A DNA stretch of 63,189 bases, counting the filler, from Chiloscyllium plagiosum (taxonomy: Eukaryota): the NCBI RefSeq assembly GCF_004010195.1. It is 3 parts of one record of this genome, joined end to end, with 100 filler letters (N's around TTAATTAATTAA, not from the genome) between each part and the next. Parts side by side here need not be neighbours in the genome. Positions count along the whole stretch, not along the records: positions 26,836 to 53,246 come from NC_057714.1; positions 53,347 to 63,189 come from NC_057714.1; 1 more part is not named here. One strand, given 5' to 3'. Positions 49,252-61,000 of this stretch are shown here, in pieces. A program made the position numbers and the translations under genes. Each line of letters begins with the position of its first letter. Positions within the stretch are counted from its first letter, which is position 1. The notes below the pieces were generated by a model. The model did no database searches, had not been told where the DNA came from, and was given only the letters and a program-made list of their open reading frames with translations.

Positions 49252-49820
49252 GAGCGAGGCAATGGCCTAGTGGCATCATCGCTAGACTCTTAATCCAGAG
49301 ACAATATGTGTGATGCTGGAAAAGCACAGCAAGTCAGGGAGCATCCCAGGAGCAGGAGAGTCATTTTGAGCATTCCTGATGAAGAATTTATGCTCGAAAC
49401 GTCGATTCTCCTGCTCCTCGGATGCTGCTTGACCGGCTGTGCTTTTCCAGCGCCACAGTCCCGACTCTGATCTCCAGCATCTGCAGTGCTCACTTTCTCC
49501 AATTAATCCAGAGACCCAGGCAATCTTCTGGGCTTCAAATCCCCCCAGTGCAGATGGTGGAACTTGAATTCAATAAATATCTGGAATTAAGAGTCTAATG
49601 ATGACCATGAACCCACTGTCCATTGTTGGGAAACAAAATACCCATCTGGTTCACTAATGTCCTTTAGGGAAGGAATTTGTCATCCTTACCTGGTCTGGTC
49701 TACGTATGACTCCAGGTCTACGGCAATGTGTTTGACTCTTAACTGTCCTCGGGGCAATTAGGGATGGGTAATAAATGCTGGCCTAGCCAGCGATGCCCAC
49801 ATCCCGCAAATGAATGAAAA
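49252..49820 (+). mobile_element. tRNA-derived SINE interrupted by a Penelope-derived element (49303-49502, 13-bp TSD)
   Basis: ttaatccagagac duplicated at 49290-49302 and 49503-49515; the SINE continues across the insertion. Confidence 0.85.
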
Positions 49821-50129
49821 ACAAGTCAGTTTTCCACAGGGAGAGCCTGTGGGGTCCAGTACCACTTGCCTGTTCACACACCCATGGCGATAAAGAGCAG
49901 ACTCGGGCGAGAACTTGCACAGTTCTGTCCAATGATATGCCAGGCCCTTCCAAAGGAAAGAGACTATATCATTCAAGAATGTTCTAGAACTGCTTGGCAA
50001 AGCTGCTCTACGCCTGCCAGAAACAACCATCAACATTAAGTGACACACTATTGGCTACAATCTAGCTCCTTCTATCAGCTAAGGATTGAGATTCAGTGCA
50101 GACGGGTTCAGGATCGACACTGAATCATA

Positions 50130-51105
50130 TAAATGGGATAAAAAGGGTCTTTTTCAGGATGGCAGCCAGTGACGAGTGGAGTTCCTCAGGGGTCAGTGTT
50201 GGGACCACAACTATTCACGTTATACATTAACGATCTGGATGAAGGAACTGGAGGCACCGTTGCTAAGTTTGCAGGTGACACAAAGGTCAGTGGAGGGACA
50301 GGTGGTGTTCAGGAAGCAGGGGGGCTGCGCAGGGACTTGGACAGGCTAGGAGAATAGGCAAAGTAGAGTCAGATGGGATACAGTGTGGGAAAGTGTGAGG
50401 TTATGAACTATGGTAGGAAAAGTAGAGGTTTAGTCAATTTCCTAAATGGGGAAAAGCTTCAGAAATCTGAAGTACAAAAGGCCTTGCGAGTCCTAGTTCA
50501 GGATTCTGTTAAGGTCAATATTCAGGTTCAGTTAGCAGTTAGAAAGGCAAATGCAATGTTAGAAATCATTTCAAGATGGCTGGAATACAATGTACTACTG
50601 AGACTGTATGAGGCTCTGGTTAGACTGCATTTAGAAAGAACAGTTTTGGGCCCTATGTCTAAGGAAGGATGTGCTGGCATTGGAGGGGTTCCAGAGGAGG
50701 TTCCTGGGGATGAGGGCTTGTTATAGAGGACTCTGGGTCCGTACTCAATGGAGTTTAGAAGGATGAGGGGTGGGGGGGGGATATGATTGAAACTTACAGA
50801 ATACTTTCCACGAGTAGGAGAGACTAGGACCCGAGGGCACAGCCTCAGAGTGAAGAGGCAATCCTTTTGAACTGAGATAAGGGGAATCTCTTCAGCAGGG
50901 GGGTGGTGACTCTGTGGAACTAATTGCTGCAGTGGGTTGGAGGCCAAGTCATTGCGTCTACTTAAGACAGAGATAGACAGATTCTTGATTGGTAAGGGGA
51001 TCAAGGGTTACAGGCAGAAGGCAGTAGAATGGGATGGAGAAACAATTGAACGTGGAAGCAGAATCGATGGGCCAAATGGCCTAATTCTGCTCCTATATCC
51101 CGTGG
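50130..51105 (+). mobile_element. CR1 RT-to-3' fragment
   Basis: [23 protein letters not shown] and KFAGDTKV. Confidence 0.9.
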
Positions 51106-51240
51106 TTTCTGTCAAGTTAATCAGAAGGGCAGGGTGGACTATTACCAACCACTCTTGCCCGCAAGTTCTCTGTACACTCTCACCATTCTGTGATTCGATT
51201 ACACAACACCAGGGGATAGTCCGACAGGTCCAATTGGAAG

Positions 51241-51275
51241 CACTAGCTTTCGGAGCGCTGCTCCTTCATCAGGTG
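51241..51275 (-). ncRNA. Minimal hammerhead ribozyme motif, antisense copy in the left arm of the inverted repeat
   Basis: Reverse complement reads CAC-CTGATGA-A-GGAGC-AGC-GCTCC-GAAA-GCTA-GTG. Confidence 0.7.
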
Positions 51276-51849
51276 GTTGTGGACTATCAGATTGTAAGAC
51301 AGAATTTATAGCAAAAGTTTACAGTGTGATGTAACTGAAATTATACATTGAAAAATACCTTGATTGTTTGTTGAGTCTCTCATCTGTTCGAATGCCATGA
51401 TAGTTTCACTTCTTTCATATGTAAATCACAAAACTTATTTTAAAAGTTGCATTCTCAGGTTAACTGTAACAATCGGTGTTAGCCAGACAATGTGTTGAGG
51501 GTGTTAGCCCCCTGTGTTCTCTGTCTGTGCCATAATGCTTAGACTGATTCTAATCTAAAAAGAGAGTTAACAGAGTCTTAAATGAATTCATGCAGTTTTT
51601 GAGCAAAGTACAATGTAACTCTGCGAGGACAAATTCACCCCACAAACAATTGGCTGACACCAATTGTTACAGCTAACCTGAGAATGCAACTTTTAAAAAA
51701 AAAGTTTTGTGATCTACATATGGAAGAAGTGAAACTATCATAGATGAAAGACTCAACAAACAATCAAGGTGTTTTTCAAGGTATAATTTCAGATACATCA
51801 CACTAAACTTTTGCTATAAATTCTGTCTTACAATTGTATACTCCATAAC

Positions 51850-51884
51850 CACCTGATGAAGGAGCGACGCTCCGAAAGCTAGTG
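51850..51884 (+). ncRNA. Minimal type I hammerhead ribozyme motif (Penelope-associated)
   Basis: CAC-CTGATGA-A-GGAGC-GAC-GCTCC-GAAA-GCT-A-GTG: intact core, 5-bp stem II, 3-bp stem I (CAC/GTG), palindromic loopless stem III (AGCT). Confidence 0.75.
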
Positions 51885-52179
51885 CTTCCAATTAAACCTG
51901 TTGGACTATAACCTGGTGTTGTGTGATTTTTAACTTTGTACACCCCAGTCCAACACCGGCATCTCCAAACCATGACTGTGATTTGATGAATGTAAGAATT
52001 GCACAATGTCAGAGTGTGAAGCAATGTCACGGGATATCAATGTCACAGTAACACATTGTCACAGAATGTCATGTCGCAGGGCCACTGGGGAAGTTGGTGA
52101 AGCTGCTGTTGGTTTTAACTCTGTGTGCACTGTGTGAATGACCCTGCCACTGGTTCACCCCGATCTCTATCTCTTTCAG

Positions 52180-52298
52180 ACATTTATAGTCATCAACAGA
52201 GGAAAAACCATCTTCCGTTTTAGTGCCACGCCCGCGTTGTACCTGCTGACGCCTTTTCACCACGTTAGAAGGATAGCTATTAAAATTTTAGTACATTC
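52180..52298 (+). CDS. SCN5A: Sodium channel alpha subunit, second coding exon
   Basis: ctctttcag|ACA...; 119 bp; [39 protein letters not shown](S); ends at the AT-AC intron position conserved in SCN genes. Confidence 0.92.
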
Positions 52299-52308
52299 AT
52301 ATCCTTTT
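52299..52308 (+). promoter_or_regulatory. U12-type (minor spliceosome) AT-AC intron 5' splice site
   Basis: ATATCCTTTT immediately after ...GTACATTC; matches the U12 consensus ATATCCTT at the position known in vertebrate SCN genes. Confidence 0.93.
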
Positions 52309-52984
52309 ACTGATTTGATGTTGGAGCAAATTGTGGTTAATCTCAATATAAAGTCACTGATCTGGACAGTACAATGTCCTTGTACATGGTAAATGGATTG
52401 GAGTTGGAACTGTACTCATCGGGCTTTCAGCACATGGTGTGCTCCTTCTCCCAGGCTTATCTTACCTGGAAGTATCTAAAATGTGAACATTTTCAGTGCA
52501 GTGAAGGGACAGAGTCATCCAGGATTATTAAACCAATACAGTGCAGGCAGGAGAGAAAACGTCATTAAACGGTGTACAGATTTTAATTTATTTGTCTCTC
52601 TGTACTCACTGGGAACAAGAGGTTTAACAGAAGTGAACAAAAGTATTCAAACTTTCAAAGGGATTTATGTTAAAGCAAAGCAATTGTTTCCCTTTAGCTG
52701 GTTTAAGTGGAGGAACATGATACCAGAAGCATACAGAGGGCATTATTTCAGGAATATGGAATCTCGCAATACAAGACAATCTCAGGCACTGAAAGAGGGT
52801 AAAATTATTCCATTGGTTAGCCCTCTCAGACAAGGGGAATGGTCATCCATGAATCAGCAGGTGGCTGGTGAGGCTGAGTCAGGATCTGCCGGTTATGTGG
52901 CACGTTTTGGGTGATTGGTGATTAGATTAATTTGGTCCTGGTCTCATTCGGGTCTTTATTCTCGGTTACCCTCCTCATTTTTTC

Positions 52985-53246
52985 AGCGCTTCAGAGAAAA
53001 TCTCGGGGGCACCCACACCAATCAACCCCACCGCCCCGTGGCCGAACATTTCAATTCCCCCTCCCGCTCTGCCGAGGACATGCAGGTCTTCCACCTCGGG
53101 ATCCTTCATCCCCAAGGCATCAATGTGGACCTCACCAGTCTCCTCATTTCCCCTCCCCCCACCTTACCCCATTTCCAAACTTCCAGCTCAGCTGTATCCT
53201 GTCCTACCTGCCAATCTTCCTTCCCACCTATCCACTCCACCCTCCT
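52985..53246 (+). mobile_element. Penelope-like GIY-YIG endonuclease C-terminal fragment
   Basis: RFRENL...NQPHRPVAEHFNSPSRSAEDMQV resembles the PLE RF.EH...PVA.HFNS motif; C-rich tail runs into the gap. Confidence 0.75.
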
Positions 53247-53346
53247 NNNNNNNNNNNNNNNNNNNNNNNNNNNNNNNNNNNNNNNNNNNNTTAATTAATT
53301 AANNNNNNNNNNNNNNNNNNNNNNNNNNNNNNNNNNNNNNNNNNNN
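53247..53346. other. Artificial 100-bp scaffold spacer (N44-TTAATTAATTAA-N44)
   Basis: Same as 26736-26835; the flanks (PLE on the left, CR1 on the right) are unrelated. Confidence 0.95.
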
Positions 53347-53359
53347 GGTCCGTACCTCA

Positions 53360-54023
53360 TTGAAAGTGGTGTCGCAGGTAGATAGGATAGTGAAGAAGGC
53401 GTTTGGTATGCTTTCTTTTGTTAGTTAGAGTATTGAGTACAGGAGTTGGGAGGTCATGTTGTAGCTGTACAGGACATTGGTTAGACCATTGTTGGAATAT
53501 TGCATGCAATTCTGGTCTCCTTCCTATTGGAAAGATGTTGTGAAACTTGAAAGGGTTCAGAAAAGATTTACAAGGATGTTGCCAGGGTTGGAGGAATTGA
53601 GCTATAGGGAGAGGCTGGACAGGCTGGGGCTGTTTTCCATGGAGTGTCGGAGGCTGAGGTTTACAAAATTATGAGGGACATGGATAGGATAAATAGACAA
53701 AGTCTTTTCCCTGGGGTCAAGGAGTCCAGAACTAGAGGGCATTGGTTTAGATGAGAGGGGAAAAATATAAAAGAGACCTAAGGGGCAACGTTTTCACACA
53801 GAGGGTAGTAAATGTATGAAATGTGCTGCCAGAGGAAGTAGTGGAGGCTGGTACAATTGCAACATTTAAGAGGCATTTGGATGAGTATATGAACAGGAAG
53901 GATTTGGAGGGATATGAGCCGGGTGCTGGCAGGTGGGACTAGATTAGTTTGGGATATCTGGTTGGCATGGACGGGTTGGACCGAAGGGTCTGTTTCCATG
54001 CTGTACGTCTCTATGAATCTATG
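53360..54023 (+). mobile_element. CR1 3' fragment
   Basis: RPLLEYCMQFWSP...FTRMLPGLEELSY. Confidence 0.92.
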
Positions 54024-54249
54024 TACACTAATCTAGCGAGTGACTGGAAACCAAATATTGTTGAATAGTTGTTTTGAGACTGGGCGAAAGTACATAGTGG
54101 TGCTAACCAGGCATTCTTTCTCATGAGTCTCCATGAATAACCACAGCTGATACAGTGATTAAACACACACTGTTTTCTTTACACTGCAATCCACCGTAGT
54201 CATCCAACCAACTGAGCTGACCAAACCACTCACTCCCACAGGAAGAATG

Positions 54250-55100
54250 AAGAGGAACAATATTAAATAAACGATACAGTTCTAAAGAGACTTCAGGAAT
54301 AAAGAAGTCGGGACTATATGAAACACAGATTGTTGAAGATAGTAGAGGAAATTGAGAACATAGGCCTTATTAATCGCAACATCGAATACAAGAGGAAGAA
54401 TGTTATGGTAAATCTTTATATAAGATTGTTTTGGCCTCTACTGGACTATTGAGACCATTTATGAGCATAGCACGTTAGAAAGTATGCGAAGGCCTTCGGA
54501 GGGTGCAGTAGAGTTTTACAAGAATACTTAAAGGGGTGAGAGAATAGAAAAACAAGGACTTCTACTTAGTAAAGAGAACATTGAGTGGAGATTTGAGAGA
54601 GATGTTCAAAATTATGAGGGATATGGACAAACTGTTTTGGAAGAAAACATTTCCATTGACAGAGGGTCAAGAAATAGAAGACACCAATATGAGATGAACC
54701 AACAGTTGGCTAAAGAAAAGTTTTCTTATGAGGTGAGTGGTTAAGATTTACGATGCACTGCCTGAGATTATGGCAGCATCACAACGTTTTCAAAAGGAAA
54801 TTGGATATACACCTGAGTAACTTGATTGAGATAAGACTATAAGATGAACTTTATTGTTTTATTTTTCTAACTTTATATTCGGTGTTTTGGTATTTTCATG
54901 TGTTTTAAGGTGGCGCTGGAAGGTGGAGACAATAAACCAACACTTTGCACTGTATTTGTAATAAAGGCATTTGACAATAAATAAATCAAAGTGCAAGTCA
55001 ATTTGCAGGGCTGAGGTGAACAATTAGGAGAAGACTAGCAAAGGTTTTCTAGCTAACAGCCAGCACAGCTCAATGGACTGAATGGCCTGTGCACTGTAAT
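54250..55100 (+). mobile_element. Old degenerate CR1 with a nested insertion at ~54840-54990
   Basis: gagtggagatttgagagagatgttcaaaattatgagg and other eroded CR1 landmarks. Confidence 0.6.
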
Positions 55101-56689
55101 TATCTTCTGGTTCGAAGTAAAGAAAAGCAAATCCAAAGGAAATCAACCCTCAGGTCAGTTGAATATTTGGTGCCCTGCATGCTGAAAAAAAACCTCTACA
55201 AAATTCATATTTTATCATTGTATGAGGATTTGTAAGCTGTATGGAGATGAACTACAGGCTATCAGCAACGAATGGACAAATCAGCACAACAATATAATCA
55301 GCATAACAATACTCCTAAACTCTCAAAAAAATCACATTAATAATTGTAGTATTCATACCAATGTAATCATTACTGTACAAACACAATAATTCAAAGTAGC
55401 TCACTGATCAGCAGATGTCCATATAGAGTTATAGAGATGTATACTTAGATATGTGGTCAAAAACTCTTTTTGGGATCAAATAAGACATGAATGTTATCAA
55501 TGAAACCAATGAAGATCATCTGCAGTTTAGCCACTGTTATAGTGTAGGAAGTATGGAACCAACTTGCACACAGCAAGATCCCACAAATATAATGGAACAA
55601 TATCCATTATGTTTTGTTAGGCATAAGTGGTGGCCACAACATTACATATTAGACATTACATACAACATACAAGGTCTTTGCTCTTTGTTGAATTTGTACC
55701 ATGGGAATTTTGGATCCAGCCAAGAAGGCAAACCGGGCATTAAACATAAAAACATAGAAAGTAGAAACAGATGTGGATCATGCAGCCCTTCAAGCTGCTC
55801 TGTTGTTTAATATGATCATGGCTGCGCATCCATACCGTAACTCTGCCTTCACACCCATACCTTCCTGATTCTTTTAGCCCTAAGACCTATACCTATCTCC
55901 TTGAAAACTTTCAGTGCTTTAGCCCCAACTGCTTTCTGTGGCAGAGAGTTCGAAAAGCTCACCACATTGTTGGCAAAGAAATTTGTCCTCATCACTCTCT
56001 GGATGAAGAAATCATGTTCAACACTCTCTGGGTGAAGAGCCTTCTTCATTGTTTCATCAGTATATCTGAATGATAAGTACAAAGCTGCACTGCCTATGTA
56101 TCATATTGGAGTGTCAGCCTTACATTTTTAAATTCAAAACCATGAAGTGAAGTTTGAAACTACAATGTTTTGATCCAGAGGCAAGAATATTAGTCACTGT
56201 GTTACCACTGACACTATGTGAGTCCCTATTCCCAGTAAGCATAAGTGATTTTATACTCAGCACAATGAAGAACTGATAGTTCAGTCTGAGGTTAGAAAAC
56301 ATCAGACTGACTGATTGAAGACTGTCTACATGATCCTCTTATAAACCATTCATCTCCCACAGCTGCATATTTGGGTTCAATCCAGCTTTGTTCATTTCTT
56401 TTATATGCAAACATTTCATGTTAATGTAATCTTTTATGTTGTACAGTTCGAAGTCAGACAGTGTCCATTGTTATTAATTGTGACATATCACCACATGTTT
56501 GTTCCAAGCCTGATACTGAAGCACTAGTGTATTTAAAAAAAACTACACTGTGAATGGTTGTGCAATATAGTTGAAACAAAGACCTTTGTCTCTAAATACC
56601 ATTGCTTTAAGCTTTTCCTTTCCTTTCCTCTCCTCGTCGATTCATTTTCAATGCATGCACTTTTGAATAAAAGAGGTACACGTTGCTCG

Positions 56690-57100
56690 TTGTTTTCCCT
56701 GGAGCATCAGAGGCTGAGGGGTGACCTGAGAGAAGTTTATAAAATCATGAGGGGCATGGATAGGGTGAATAGACAAGGTCTTTTCCTGGGGTGGGGAGTA
56801 CAGAACTAGAGGGCATTAGTTTAGGGGGAGAGGGGAAAAATTTAAAAGGGACCTAAGAGGCAACTTTTTCACACAGAGGGTAGTGTGTGTATGGAATGAG
56901 CTGCAAGAGGAAGTGGTGGAGGCTGGGACAATTATAACATTTTAAAGGCATCTGGATGGGTATATGAATAGGAAGGGTCTAGAGGGATATGGTGGAAAAT
57001 GGTGGAAAATGGGACTGGATTAGTTTAGGATATCTGGTTGGCATGGACAAGTTGGACCAAAGAGTCTGTTTCCATGCTGTACTCTGTGACTCTATGACTC
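56690..57100 (+). mobile_element. CR1 3' fragment
   Basis: LFSLEHQRLRGDLREVYKIMRG; tgactctatgactc tail. Confidence 0.9.
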
Positions 57101-58339
57101 AGAAGGTAAGCTCATTACTATTTTGGAAATGAACCATTGAAACTAGAGGATAGCAAGCTGAGTCTATGCTAGGAAGTTGCCTCAGGAATCCCTTTCTGAG
57201 AGGAAAAAGAGGCAATCAATTAATGAAGACACAATAGTAAACTATCTAAAGGGATAAATATAATCTTGAAAAGGAAATATTTGCATAGCTTTAGAAATAT
57301 AATGGAAGTTGCAACAATTGGATTGCTATTTCAATGGCTCATGCAAGAAACTGACCAGAAACCCGATGGGAAATTCAGAAGAAATGTCTTCACCTGAAAA
57401 GTGGTGCAAGTGTGAAAGTCACTACCACAGGAAGTGATTGGAGCAAATAGTATTGATGCATTTAAGAGGAAACTAGAGAACCATAAAGAAAGAAGGGGAT
57501 TATGATGATTTAGATGAAGCTAAGAAGGAAGGAGACTTGACTGAAACATACATTGCATGCCCACATTGGGCTGAATGGCCGGATTTATATCCTATGTAAC
57601 AAATAATAACATAATGCCACTATTAGACAGAGATGACTGGTGGTGAGTTTAACCTGTTGCCACCACATTTCAGATAAGGGGTGAGGTTGAGAGGCTAGGA
57701 TTTTCATGTTGACCTCAGCTAATGTGGGGATTGAACCCACACTGTTGGCACCACTCTGCATTTCAAACCAGCCATCCAGCCAACTGGATAAGGTAGACGT
57801 GAGTAATGAGAAAATATTTGCTGCAGTCCTATGTTCCTGTTACATTCTAGTAAATCTCCTCTGCGTTCCCTCCAAGACCTTTACACTGTTGCTCCAGTAT
57901 GGTGACCAGAATTTTACACATTCAGCATAGCCACCAACTTTTAGAAAGTTTCAGTTCACCATTCTCGGCATTTGTTCTGTTTCTAAAGCCATGAATCTCC
58001 GATTCCCTTTTAACATCTTTCCCAAACTTAATCCACCATCTTCAAAAACTTGTTCATGTATACCCATCCCCAGGTCATTTTGATTCTGCATCCCCTTTAG
58101 AAACACATCACTTAATTTTTAGTTTAGCTTCTCCTCATTCTTTTAACCAAAACAAATCACTTTGCACTCCTTTTCATAAAATTTCATTTGCCCTGTGTAT
58201 GCCCATTTCACCAACCTGTCTATGATCTCACGAAATCTCTTAGCACCTCCTCACTGTTGTCTATATTTCTGAGTTTTGTCTTCCATATGAGCATTTGGAC
58301 AAGATGTTATACAATGAGAAAATATTCACTGCCTTCAGA

Positions 58340-58985
58340 ATCATAGGGTCAGAGAGACACACAGCATGGAAACAGAATCTTTGGTCCAACTTGTCCATGC
58401 TGACTGGTTATCCTATATAAATCTAATCCGATTTGCCAGAATTTGGTCCATATCGTTCTAAACCCTCCCTATTCATATACTCATCCAGATACCTTTTAAA
58501 TGTCATAATTGTACCAGCTCCACCTCTTCCTCTGGCAGTTTAATCTGTACCCACACCACCTTCTGCATGAAAATGCTGCCCCTTAGGTCCCTTTTATATC
58601 TTTCCCCCTTCACATTAAACCTATGTTGTCTAGTTTGGTTTGTCCCACCCCAGGCAAAAGATCTTGCCTATTCACCCTAACCCTGCCACTCATGATTTTA
58701 TAAACCTCTGTAAGGTCACCCCTCATCCTCCGGTGCTCCAGGGAAAATATCCCCAGCCTATGCAGTCTTGCCCTATAGCTCAAAACCTCCAACCCTGGCA
58801 ACATCCTCATAACTTTTTTCTGAGATCTTTTGAGTTTCACAACATCCTTCCTAAAGGAGGAATTCCTAAACCAGAATTGCACACAATACTCCAAAAGTGG
58901 CCAAACCAATAACTTGTACATCTGTAACATGACCTCCCAACTCCTGTACTCAATGCACTGACCAATAAAGGCAAGCATACCAAAC
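58340..58985 (-). mobile_element. CR1 3' fragment
   Basis: ORF FGMLAFIGQCIEYRSWEV... Confidence 0.9.
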
Positions 58986-59352
58986 AAAAGAGAGAAAGTG
59001 GAACAATGTTTTGGTAGCAGAAAACATCAATTTTAATGCCTGGTGTAGTACATTATGCATGGAAAGCACAGTTCTCTCAATGTTACCCTCTCAAGAGCCC
59101 AGAATCCAACCCAAACAATTACAATGTTTTAGAATGGAACAGAAGTTGTAATCAATGAACCCTACCCCAACATGGCTAATCTCCACTTTCTAAGATCAGA
59201 TTCCCAAATATTGTTGCATGGGCATACTATCTCATTGTGTTGTATGAGCTAAAGCTCATGATTGAAGTGGCTGTCATCATCTTTTCAAGTGTACATTCTG
59301 GCTTGATCTATTGTGCTAGGAGAAAACCATTTCTTGATCTAATTAGATGAGT

Positions 59353-59450
59353 GCTGAAAATGTGTTGCTGGAAAAGCGCAGCAGGTCAGGCAGCATCCAG
59401 GGAACAGGAGAATCGACGTTTCGGGCATAAGCCCTTCTTCAGGAAGCCTG
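59353..59450 (-). mobile_element. 98-bp Penelope-derived element with a perfect 12-bp TSD
   Basis: aattagatgagt at 59341-59352 and 59451-59462. Confidence 0.85.
59412..59444 (-). ncRNA. Minimal hammerhead motif, second Penelope family
   Basis: Reverse complement TC-CTGAAGA-A-GGGC-TTAT-GCCC-GAAA-CGTC-GA; perfect core and stem II, short stem I. Confidence 0.6.
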
Positions 59451-60059
59451 AATTAGATGAGTCTCTTGTACTTAACAACTAGTCACAGGTAAGCTTGATA
59501 TGATAGACTTGCTACACAGACTATAAAGTGCACCTGGATATTAGGTCTCATTCCGTCAAGATCCTAAGTTGTTCTGCTAACAGGTCCGCATGACATCATT
59601 GCAGACAGTGGTCTTTATAATATTAATTTGTCTTAACCTTTTCAGATTATATAAAATCTGTCAAATGCATTTTGTTTTTTTACCTGTCCCTTTACCATCT
59701 ACTTTCACCTTGCATCATGAAACTTGTTGACAGTTAATCTTGCCCGGTTTGCAAATATGGAATCCTACTTTTGTCCTTGGCTCCCTTCATTGTACAAAAC
59801 CATGCACCACCACCCCAGACTTACTCTCCCCTTCCCCCTCCCATAAACACTTGCATCCCATTTATGCTTCTGCATTTGCTGTAAAACTATTTACGATATA
59901 TATATTAATGTCTAGGAGACAGTAAAGATTGCAGATGCTAGAAGCCAGAATCAATAGATGTGAAGCTGGAACCCATTCTGACGAAGGGTTTCAGCCCAAA
60001 ATATTGACTTTCCTGCTCCTCGGGTGCTGTCTGATCTGCTGTGGTTTTCCAACTTCACA

Positions 60060-61000
60060 TCTATTGACATATGTTAATGTCTCACAGGAAGGAAGTGAGT
60101 GTACTGTAACCATATTTGCAGACAACACATAAAAAAGGTGGGATGGCAACTTGTGAGAGGATTACAAACAGTTTATAGAAATATATTGATAGGTTAAATA
60201 AATGGGCAAAATGTTGGCAAACAGAGCATAATGTGGGAAAAATGTGAAGTTGTTAATTTTGAAAATAGAACAAAGAACAGTATTTATTTAAATGGAGAAA
60301 AGAACTGCAGAAAGCTGCAACACAAAAGGACTTGGGGCAAATTGTAATGAAACACAGAAAGCTAGCACACAGGTTCAGCAGGTAATCAGGAAAGCTAATA
60401 GAATGCTGGCCCTTTGAGTATACAAATCTTATTGCAACTGTACAAGGTGCAGTTGAGAGCACATCTGTTGTAATGTGAGCAATTTTGGTCCCCTTATTTA
60501 TGGAAAATCTCATAAAAGGCAGTTCAGAGAAGGTTCACTATGATGATTCCCAGTGTGGAGGGACTGTCTTATGAGCAAAGGTTAAACAGGTTGGGACTGT
60601 ACTCATTGGAGTTTGGAAGAATGAGAGGTGATTTCAATGAAACATTCTTAAGGGGCTTGACAAGATAAATGCTGAGAAGATGTTTCTACTTATAGGAGAG
60701 TCTAGGAACAGAGGGCATAGACTCACACTAAAGTGGTGAATAATTAAGACTGAGGAGGAAAGTATTTTCTTAGAGGGTTGAGAGTCTTTCGAACTCTGCC
60801 ACAGGGAGCTGTGGAAGCAAGGTCCTAGGGCATATTTAAGGCTGAGACAGATAGATTCTTGAACTATAGGAGAATCAAGGGTTACAGGGAAAAGGCCGGA
60901 AAGTTGATGTGAGTAATAATCCTATTGAACCAGCCATAATCCTATTGAATCACTGAGCAGGCTCAATGGGCCTTCTCCTGTTCCCATTTCTTCCGATCTT
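60060..61000 (+). mobile_element. Old CR1 RT-to-3' fragment
   Basis: FADNT motif and ggagtttggaagaatgagaggtgatt; preceded by a PLE-derived insertion at ~59920-60065. Confidence 0.8.

Larger units (their letters stand above)
51200..51975. mobile_element. Penelope-derived long inverted repeat (~280-bp arms, ~165-bp loop) with 12-bp TSD
   Basis: 51202-51485 is the approximate reverse complement of 51650-51925; ctgtgatt(c/t)gat at 51188-51199 and 51976-51987. Confidence 0.85.
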
